Below are positions 55,115-64,000 of a stretch of 64,000 nucleotides of DNA, one piece after another. The stretch comes from Octopus bimaculoides (Eukaryota), in NCBI RefSeq assembly GCF_001194135.2, contig NC_068994.1:39163799-39227798 (forward strand). The letters are read 5' to 3'. Under the pieces are notes generated by a model. That model saw only the letters and a list, made by a program, of their open reading frames with translations. It was not told where the DNA came from and did not search any database. Every line of letters begins with the position of its first letter. Position 1 is the first letter of the stretch. The position numbers were made by a program, and so were the translations under genes.

Positions 55115-55678
55115 CCATGTAATAATCATAATAATTAGATTATTGTTTTTGGTGCTCAGATGCAGTATAACTTGTTGGAAAAGGTAGCCAAAAATGCATA
55201 TACAGTACATAGAATGATACATAGAAAGTGAACAGTGAATGAGTCATTAAAAAAAAAAAAACTGTGGGTCATCAGTCATATTGTTGGAAGTTTAGTATGA
55301 TGTAGCATTCTGACAGCTAACAATTGATACAGATAGTCTATTCCATGCATCTGTAAGTGCGAGCATGAAAAAATGCATCCGGGAGTTATGGGAACTGTGT
55401 TTTCTGATTTTGTAAACATATCCAATGGGTGTTAGAGATATTGAATTTAAAAAAGTGCACAAGGTTGTTGTAGAAAAGATGGTGAATACTTTTGTGGGTG
55501 TCTACCAAGTCAGTTACTAGATGTGTACAGAGTTACCTGATAAAATGAGCATCTTCTTCAGAATTAAAAAGAACAATATTTCTGTTGTTTTGTGCAAGGG
55601 GCTGAGTTTGATGGTGAGTGAAGAAATTTATTTGTTTATGATTTCATGTGTAATCGTAGTTGTGAGGTTAATAAGCTA
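55115..55678 (-). mobile_element. CR1/L2-group LINE 3' fragment flanked by a 27-bp direct repeat
   Basis: The minus strand gives DLVDTHK..SNTHWICLQNQKTQ/HFFMLALTDAWNRLSVSIVSC (cf. FFxxRVxxxWNxLP). CTGAGGACAGTTTACAAATGAACATTA occurs at 55088-55114 and 55679-55705. Confidence 0.7.
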
Positions 55679-57837
55679 CTGAGGACAGTTTACAAATGAA
55701 CATTAACATTGACTGATTTTTAGCAGACACTTAAATGAAATATTAGATCCATTGACTGAGACATGAAGGAACTCTTTCAGATATCCATCTTCATGTAATG
55801 TATCTAAGGTAAGACAACCCAGTAAGAACTATATTTCTTAAGATGACTTGGAACAAAGCTCAAGATAAATTCTAAAATGTTGCTACTCCCTTGAAGTGAA
55901 CTGAAATTCATGCATGAAAGAAATGGTTTCTAGCAAGTTTGAGAAAGATAATATTTTGCTGAGGAAGTCTAATAATACTGAAATATATTTGAATTAACTC
56001 CCTTACTAGCTGAAATTATAAAAATAATATTAACCATTGGTTACTGAATGTATGTTGTCTCTTTTCCTACACATAAGTAGATATTTGATACCTTTTAGAA
56101 GGTTCAGCACAAATACCAGCTTGATGCCTGGTATTAGTAACACTGCCAAAAGCTACAATATGAAAAGGGTTTGTAAGAATATCTATACTACATCATCCAG
56201 TATGCAGTTAAACAATGGACACATTCAGGTCTTAGGTAGAGGGGTCCATTTGATAGAAAAATATATTGTAGCCCTCATCCAATGCTAGTACATCCAGCAA
56301 TAAGCCTACAACTTGTCCTGGGAGGCTGGGCACCCAAAACAGATCCAGGAGAGAACAACCATAAGTAATTGGGGAATTCGAATGTCACAATTCTTACAGG
56401 TAAAGCCCCACCTTCCATGAATTGAGCACAGAAAAAAAATGGATGGGAAAAAAAAAAGAAGATATTTAATGCTCAGTTCATTAAATAAGTTATCACTAAA
56501 TTTAATTAAATTAGATTGGCTCATTTATGAGTTGAATACTTTTGCCATGGACATGATGGTATATCAACTGTGAACCTATTCAGAAATGGATATAGTTTGG
56601 TAGTGTAATTCTCAGCTGGTATATAAGTATTATTAGTATCATTGTCATCGTCGTCGTCATCATACATATATACATACGTACATACACATATGTATGTATG
56701 TATGAATGAATGAAATATTGATACCTAACATTGGTACAGGGCCACAAATTTTGGAAGGGAGATTATAAACAATTACATTTCTTAACAGTTATTTTTATTT
56801 TATCAACCCCTGAAGGATGCAAAACAAAGCTATTCTAGGTGGAATTTGAACTTGAAACATAAAGGATAGCAAGACATTTTATCTAAGACTTTAATGTTTT
56901 TGCCAAAATAAAATACTGGAACTATAATAAGTAAATTCATTTGAAATTCTGATCTTCTGAAATGCATTAAAAAATATCATTGTAATTTTCCAATAAATGA
57001 ACATAGCATACTGGTTACAGTGTTGGACTCACAATTGTAAGATGGGGATTGCAGTTCCCTAACCAGGCTGTGAATTGTGTTCTTGAGTAAAAAGTATTTC
57101 TTTTGACATTACTTTAATCTACTCACCTGAAAAGGAGTAACTTCCTCAGCTTAACTGTCTTAGCTAAGGGTAAACGCTGTGATAGATTGGTGGACTGTTT
57201 AAATGGGGAAGTATAGAACTTTTGGGTTGCTTAAATGGCTGGCCTTGTGCCTCTTATGTTAGAAATAATATGTATCATTATTATACCTGCTTCCAAGGTT
57301 TGATGAATGGCAGAATAATTACATCATCAGACAAAATGTCTTACAGTATTTGCTCTGTATCTTCTGGGTTCAAAATCCACAAAAGTATACTTTACCATTC
57401 TTCCAGCTGGGATGATTAAAATAAGTACTTGTCAGATATTGGTATTAATGTAATCAACTAACATTCCCTCTAATCTAAAATTGCTCATCTTGTGTCCAAG
57501 TTAAAAACCAATCATTTCACCTGCTCCTACTTAATTAACTATAGTTTCCACAAAGGTTTGATGTAGAATGAATTACTTTGATGTTATGAAGAAAAGAAAA
57601 ATCTGAACAATTCATGCAACACCTTTCATCAGTGACAGAATAACTGCCTGAAATGTTAGAATTTTCTTTTTCCTCGGAGTAAAATAATTTTCTCTTTGCA
57701 AAGCTTTAATATTTATTTTTCTGCCAACACAGACTTTTGCAAGATGCCTCAGATTCTGTTTCACACTTTGATATCTTTAAACACAGCACATCTATAAGTG
57801 ATTTCATCTCAGATGAAAAGTATATATATATATATAT

Positions 57838-58294
57838 CATCATCATCATCATCGTTTAACGTCCGCTTTCCATGCTAGCATGGGTTGGACGACTTGACTG
57901 AGGACTGGTGAAACCGGATGGCAACACCAAGCTCCAATCTAAATTTGGCAGAGTTTCTACAGCTGGATGCCCTTCCTAACGCCAACCACTCAGAGAGTGT
58001 AGTAGATGCTTTTATGTGTCACCTGCACGAAGGCCAGTCAGGCGATACTGGCAACGGCCACGCTCGAAATGGTGTCTTTTATGTGCCACCCACACAAGCC
58101 AGTCCAGGGGCACTGGCAACGATCTCGCTCGAAAATCCTATGGGAGCCAGTCAGGCGGTACTGGCAATGGCCACGCTCAAAATGGTGCATCTCATGTGTC
58201 ACCCGCACAAGAGCCAGTCCAGGGGCACTGGCAACGATCTTACTTGGCTTGCCGGGTCTTCTCACGCACAGCACATTTCCAAAGGTCTCGGTCC
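57838..58294 (-). mobile_element. 5'-truncated RTE-like LINE (ORF end, four-unit hairpin array, V-like motif, (GAT)n)
   Basis: The minus-strand 5' end encodes DRDLWKCAVREKTRQAK*; it is highly similar to the 17-kb copy. Confidence 0.85.
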
Positions 58295-58409
58295 AAAAGG
58301 CCTGGGTACATGGAGTAAATAAAATCATAACATAATTAAATATAAGAAATAATAATTTCTTAAAATATGTGTTAATCCCTGTGTACCCAGACTTTGTGGA
58401 CACCCTGTA
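58291..58409. mobile_element. Tc1/mariner-type MITE whose left TIR is interrupted at the LINE junction
   Basis: The right end TGTACCCAGACTTTGTGGACACCCTGTA mirrors GTCCAAAAGGCCTGGGTACA; the first 8 nt of the left TIR are missing. Confidence 0.7.
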
Positions 58410-59104
58410 TATATTAAATATAATAAATAGATGGCTATTTCAATCTAATAATGCTTCAGTTGTGTAAACCAGATTAAATAAACATAGCCGTTGCTTGCCT
58501 ATGTTAAAAGACTGATGTGATTATTTCAAGAAATTCAAAGTAAAATTTCTTCAAATTTTTCTGATGATGAAATTTTATTGTGTTAAAAAGAATCTTGTAT
58601 GATTAAACATGTTGCAGAGTAAGCAACTTTGGATGCTTGCCTGAATTATTTGGGCATATATTATCAATTTCTGAAGTTAGCTACTTGTAATTAAAATATG
58701 AATGATAAGTAAAAGGCATCTATTTTGATAATTAACCTTCTGAAAGCACACAAAATGCTCCAAGGTCCTATGATAGAAAAATTGTTTAATCTTTTAGTGC
58801 ATATAATTTATATAAAAATATTCCATTGAAATTTTGAGTTGGAATCTTTTAAGTTATGTTTCAAAAGTTTGGCATTAGGAACAGCATTCAGACATAGAAA
58901 CCAAGCCAAAACAGACAACTACAGCCTGGTACAGCTCTCTGGCTTATCAGCTCTAGTCAAACTGTCTAACCCCTGTCAGTATGGAAAATGGGCATTAAAT
59001 GATGATGATGATGATGATGATAATTCAACCCTTCCATATTCTTGATTCTTTGGCTAATATATTTTATTAGAAATATTACACATGGGAAAGTTAGAATTGA
59101 ACAT

Positions 59105-59490
59105 TAGAAATCCAATATTGTGTTGATAGACAAAGGAGAAAAATCATGCCTGATCATAGATATTGCTTGCTCTGGGGACAACAGAATTACCACAAAAGAA
59201 GAAAAACTGATGAGATATGAAGCTCTGAAGACAGAAATGAAAGAGCTATAGTCAAGGTAAACAGTGTGTATTGTGCCAATAACTGTTGTAGGCAAAGGTA
59301 TTGAAAAGTGTTTAGAAAAGACAATCAGAAAAATGAAAAAGAGAACTCAACCAAAAAACAGCATTACTTGGCAGTTCAAAAAAGAGTTTCTGTAAAGTCC
59401 TTGAGACTTGAAAAAAGAACATACCACCTTAGTTCATGGGAAGTGAACAGCTAGTACTTTAGCGACTTCTCCAGCAACAAGCCGGGTATG
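59105..59490 (+). mobile_element. R4/Dong-type restriction-like endonuclease (REL) fragment and 3' end
   Basis: NIVLIDKGEKSCLIIDIACSGDNRITTKEEKLMRYEALKTEMKEL* (cf. RPDIV..D(V/I)AxPxD..KExEK..KY), then QKTALLGS; followed by (TAC)n(AAT)n. Confidence 0.8.
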
Positions 59491-59494
59491 TCCA

Positions 59495-59645
<151 letters not shown>

Positions 59646-60325
59646 TAGTCATCATATTGTCTCAAATATTCATTTAGTTGTTCCGCAGTGCTCCTAGATG
59701 TCTCCCCTATGTATGTCATGTTCATGTCTTTACAAGCACCTATGTATTTTATGCTGTAAACTACATTTCTAGTTCTACAGTTAATGCCAGGGCTAATCCT
59801 ACATAGCATGCAGTTATCATTGGTGCATATGGTATTCTCAAAGGGGTACGTACTACATAGTGATGGAGTTCCCTAGTTTTCAACAATCTTAATGTTGAGT
59901 TTAGTCTCTTTCAGGGCTTNNNNNNNNNNAGGGGTACGTACTACATAGTGATGGAGTTCCCTAGTTTTCAACAATCTTAATGTTGAGTTTAGTCTCTTTC
60001 AGGGCTTTTCTATATCTACGGGCTAGTTCTCCATGATATTTGTCAGTTTTATACCACGTGTTCGCCTTGTTTGCTTTGTCACAAGTTCTTTGTATCCTAT
60101 TCGAGTCTTTATTTCTATATCTAGGGCAGGTACCACTGGTATCATTACGTATAATGTTATCTAATTTCCTTCTAGTACCCCTGTATACTCAAACCCTATC
60201 TTTCTGATCATATCCAGAGAATTGCATGCAGTGCATGAAGTTCTGTATATGTTTTTTCATTTCATAGGGTTCGCATAGTGGGGACACATTCATTATCCTA
60301 ACTAAGTCTGCTATCAGTAAGTTAT
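59646..60325 (-). mobile_element. Penelope-like element fragment: RT thumb/linker, Cys-rich linker and GIY-YIG endonuclease
   Basis: The minus strand gives DLVRIMNVS..CMQFSGYDQKDR, then YPFENTICTNDNCMLCRISPGINCRTRNVVYSIKYIGACKDMNMTYIGETSRSTAEQLNE*. Confidence 0.85.
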
Positions 60326-60858
60326 ATATATGTGTGTGTGTGTAAATATATAGTATATCTTGTGTGTACATATAAATATACTGTTACTGTTAAGTTTTGA
60401 GCACCACATAGACTATATTCCAGTCTGCTTCCAGGAGAGTAGTTAACTAACTCCTATACTGAATAGTATTACAAAGCTAATGTAGGAGAAATTAAAATAA
60501 ACACAAGTTAATATTATTAGTTCCTATATATATTTCACCATTACAGAAAACTAATATCATGCTTGACATTTCTTCTTTAATCTGCAGTCATGCTGGAGCA
60601 CCACCTTGAGGCATTTTTGTTGAACTAATTGATCCTAGTTCAACAATCTAGTTGAAGTAATTGACCCCCAGTACTTACTTTCTTTCTAATTCTGGTATTT
60701 ATTTTATTACTTCTTTTGCTGAACTGCGGAGTTAAGGTCATGTAAACATACCAACACTGGTTGTTATTTCTGTGGTGGCGGACAAATACAGTTACAAAGA
60801 AATGAGCATTTTGCCAGCTCACTACCCTATAGCTTATAGAAAGTGATAATATGAACTG

Positions 60859-60894
<36 letters not shown>

Positions 60895-60897
<3 letters not shown>

Positions 60898-61074
60898 TCA
60901 TCATCATCATCATCGTTTAACGTCCGCTTTCTATGCTAGCATGGGTTGGACGATTTGACTGAGGACTGGTGAAACCGGATGGCAACACCAGGCTCCAGTC
61001 TGATTTGGCAGAGTTTCTACAGCTGGATGCCCTTCCTAACGCCAACCACTCAGAGAGTGTAGTGGGTGCTTTTA
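60895..61074 (-). mobile_element. Young RTE-like 3' tail running into an N gap
   Basis: Near-identical to 16981-17160 and preceded by (TA)n. Confidence 0.85.
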
Positions 61075-61664
61075 NNNNNNNNNNNNNNNNNNNNNNNNNN
61101 NNNNNNNNNNNNNNNNNNNNNNNNNNNNNNNNNNNNNNNNNNNNNNNNNNNNNNNNNNNNNNNNNNNNNNNNNNNNNNNNNNNNNNNNNNNNNNNNNNNN
61201 NNNNNNNNNNNNNNNNNNNNNNNNNNNNNNNNNNNNNNNNNNNNNNNNNNNNNNNNNNNNNNNNNNNNNNNNNNNNNNNNNNNNNNNNNNNNNNNNNNNN
61301 NNNNNNNNNNNNNNNNNNNNNNNNNNNNNNNNNNNNNNNNNNNNNNNNNNNNNNNNNNNNNNNNNNNNNNNNNNNNNNNNNNNNNNNNNNNNNNNNNNNN
61401 NNNNNNNNNNNNNNNNNNNNNNNNNNNNNNNNNNNNNNNNNNNNNNNNNNNNNNNNNNNNNNNNNNNNNNNNNNNNNNNNNNNNNNNNNNNNNNNNNNNN
61501 NNNNNNNNNNNNNNNNNNNNNNNNNNNNNNNNNNNNNNNNNNNNNNNNNNNNNNNNNNNNNNNNNNNNNNNNNNNNNNNNNNNNNNNNNNNNNNNNNNNN
61601 NNNNNNNNNNNNNNNNNNNNNNNNNNNNNNNNNNNNNNNNNNNNNNNNNNNNNNNNNNNNNNNN

Positions 61665-61734
<70 letters not shown>

Positions 61735-62653
61735 ATTATATATCCATATATATATTTATATATATATATGCATATAACATTTTACCCATGCATGCATGGA
61801 AGATAGACATTAAACGATGATGATGATATATATATGCATGTATATATGTGTGTGTATATTACACATAAATACATATATATATGTGTGTGTATGTATACTT
61901 ACATATCCTATGTGTATGTGATTGTGCATATTTGTGTGTGTGTGTGTGTCTGTCTGGCTGTGTTTCTAAATCTACATTCTGTGTGCTTTGTGTGAGAAAC
62001 TGTTGAGTTACAATAGTGAAATTTAGTGTTACTGCACTCTCGAAAAACTTTTTTGCGGGTACTGCACTTTCAAAAACATGTGGAATAAAACATTCCTTGC
62101 TCAAAAAAAAAAAAAAAAAAGTAACGGTTATTGGAATGCATCCATCTGTAAAACAATATTTCAATGATATCAATGATATATATTTGACAAACCCATGCTA
62201 ACCTGGAAAAAAAAAGAAAAAAAAAAAGAAAAACAGGCATAAAAATGATTGAATCCTATATAAATATTTGTCTGTGAATTCATGTTTTTGTAATCCTCAG
62301 ATAATTTTTTTATCAAAGAAGAAAAAATCTAAGTTAAGTTCGCAATGAAAAAATAAACAACGAAAAATACAGGAAATTTCTAGAAAAATAATCATTTTTT
62401 TCTTATACAATAAAGATAAATTATCTTACTTTGTGTTTCAAGTAATTTTGAATGGATCATAAAGAAAATACTTCCTTAATAGGAAATGTTTCCCCCTTGA
62501 TATAATTTATATAAAGTTGTATGTATGCAAGCCTTTAATAAGAATCTGTATTGAAGATTTCAATCTTAATGAATAAGGTAGAAATCTAAATTTTTACGAT
62601 TTATCTCCCCTTCATTTATAACCATTTAACATTACAAAAGTCCTGTTAAGCAG

Positions 62654-64000
62654 TTATGAATGCCACTTGAATAAAATAAATAGGTGTCTTACCTGAATAG
62701 ATCTGTCTATGTTATCGGGATAATGGCTTGGTGATTCTGAAGGTTTCCTTTCACATGTTAGTTCATGTTTAAAGTTATCTTCTCGACTTGGTTTTGCCTT
62801 CTGAAATTCTTTGCTATGTTCAGGAGGAAGTCTCACTGCCATAGCAGATGGCGAATCATATTGAAGTGCTGCTTGTTCACACAAATATTCTAATTGTCTA
62901 TTTTCATCTAAAAATACATTGGAAGGTCTTAATTCACCTCTTTGTTGTGAATTTCTCCTGTTATTTTTTCTGACGATGCATATAGTGATAGATACCACTA
63001 GGATTACAGAAGCAGTCATTGCTACAATGACAATGATGATAAATAAGTTGATGTGTATTTTATCATCGTACTGTGCGTCTACAGCTGTAAACATTTTCAA
63101 AGTCTTGTTGCTGACTGTTAGAGTCAAAAATAATGTAGTTGTAGCTGTGAGAACAGGTGTACCGCTGTCTTTGACAGCTATATGTAGTTCATATAATCCA
63201 GCATCATTTTGATAGATGGCACGAGAATATGACAACACTCCACTGTAAGGATTAACAGTGAACATTTGTTTATTATTACCTTTAATTATTTCGTATCTGA
63301 GGAAGGAATTTACATGACTGTCTCTATCAGAAGCTCTTAATGTTGTGATGTCACTCTTACTCTTTGGATGGTAGTGGACATCTAGATTGAAAGGGTTAAC
63401 ACTGGGAAATGTAAAATAGGGAGCATTGTCATTTTCATCCATAACTTCAACAACTACATTTGCTGTGTTGTTAAGAGATGGTATCCCATTGTCTTGAACT
63501 AAAACTTTGAATTTATAGATTTCTTGTTGTTCATGATCCAGTGACTGTGTAGTTGAAATAAAACCAAATTTAGAAATCTTAAATGGAAAATTATATCTGT
63601 TGTTACTTAAAAGATAATATGTTAGTTCACCTCCAGGTCCCAAATCAGGATCTGTAGCATTGATTAATCCGATTGGAAAGAATGGATTTTCATTTTCATA
63701 AGTCAAAAACTTGAACATAGTTTTAGCAAAGTGTGGCTGTACATCATTGATATCTGTTACCTGAATTGAAAATTTCCTTTCAGATTTAAGTGAAGGGATT
63801 CCTTTGTCGTGGCAACTTATTACCAAATTTATGTTACTTTCTACTTCTCGGTCAACCACTTTCTTTATTATAACTTTATATTTCTTTTCACCAAGCTTCT
63901 GGAGTTGAAAATGTTCGTGGTCAACAACACAATCTACATTACCATTTTCTCCATTGTCGTTATCAGTGACTTTAACATAGGCAATGAAACTGCCAACTTC
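62654..64000 (-). CDS. Pcdh: Protocadherin, 3' portion of the large exon: last three cadherin repeats (first partial), TM helix, proximal cytoplasmic tail; 5' end lies beyond the window
   Basis: The frame stays open upstream of the tracked GTG to base 64000 (EVGSFIAYVKVTDNDNGENGNVDCVVDHEHFQLQKLGEKKYKVIIKKVVDRE...). Cadherin Ca-binding motifs are present: DRE, DINDVQP, ATDPD, LDHE, DENDNAP, ASDRD, VKDSG. The hydrophobic TM (LFIIIVIVAMTASVILVVSITICIV, ~62973-63050) is followed by basic RKNNRR. No intron interrupts the ectodomain, as is typical of protocadherins. Confidence 0.97.
   Translation of the reverse strand, partial: EVGSFIAYVKVTDNDNGENGNVDCVVDHEHFQLQKLGEKKYKVIIKKVVDREVESNINLVISCHDKGIPSLKSERKFSIQVTDINDVQPHFAKTMFKFLTYENENPFFPIGLINATDPDLGPGGELTYYLLSNNRYNFPFKISKFGFISTTQSLDHEQQEIYKFKVLVQDNGIPSLNNTANVVVEVMDENDNAPYFTFPSVNPFNLDVHYHPKSKSDITTLRASDRDSHVNSFLRYEIIKGNNKQMFTVNPYSGVLSYSRAIYQNDAGLYELHIAVKDSGTPVLTATTTLFLTLTVSNKTLKMFTAVDAQYDDKIHINLFIIIVIVAMTASVILVVSITICIVRKNNRRNSQQRGELRPSNVFLDENRQLEYLCEQAALQYDSPSAMAVRLPPEHSKEFQKAKPSREDNFKHELTCERKPSESPSHYPDNIDRSIQVRHLFILFKWHS
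62687..62695 (-). other. Putative phase-0 splice donor ending the protocadherin large exon (...DRSIQ|gtaaga)
   Basis: The minus strand reads CTATTCAG|GTAAGACAC. The CAG (62695-62693) is in frame, and the 13 read-through residues (VRHLFILFKWHS*) look like AT-rich intron. Confidence 0.7.

Noticed and set aside
56080-56420. Possible GVPQGSVLGP-like RT motif on the minus strand
   Set aside because: The match needs frameshifts and the expected following motif is absent; too weak to call.
57990-58240. CRISPR-like look of the regularly spaced palindromic units
   Set aside because: The intervening sequences are homologous to each other rather than unique spacers, the context is a eukaryotic retroelement, and there are no cas genes.
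62919-63212. 97-aa plus-strand ORF
   Set aside because: It is the antisense shadow of the protocadherin CDS.

Overview
This is a very AT-rich, microsatellite-dense eukaryotic window with 9 N-gaps. An octopod cephalopod (Octopus-like) origin is inferred from the protocadherin style and the SINE families; no database check was possible. The only secure gene is the 3' part of a protocadherin on the minus strand (64000 to 62654, open at the window edge). It encodes the last three cadherin repeats (the first partial), a TM helix and a short cytoplasmic segment, with an in-frame CAG|GTAAGA donor at 62693/62692. The other ~62 kb downstream holds no second protocadherin ectodomain and reads like intron or intergenic DNA filled with retroposon and DNA-transposon debris: CORE-type, Meta-type and OR-like tRNA SINEs; RTE-like 3' ends with a V-domain-like motif and a hairpin array; CR1/L2-group, R4/Dong and Penelope fragments; and Tc1/mariner, hAT and piggyBac-type MITEs. 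The best leads are (1) a 39-nt, phase-compatible minus-strand micro-exon candidate at 11775-11813, which could be a distant cytoplasmic exon of the protocadherin; (2) a near-perfect 73-bp inverted repeat enclosing a tRNA-like cloverleaf at 12144-12415; (3) a GCCAGT-N8-ACTGGC hairpin array in an RTE-like 3' UTR; and (4) a CpG-retaining island at 53.1-54.3 kb. Almost all ORFs in the supplied track are microsatellite, gap or antisense-repeat artefacts. Repeat boundaries are approximate unless a TSD or TIR is quoted.
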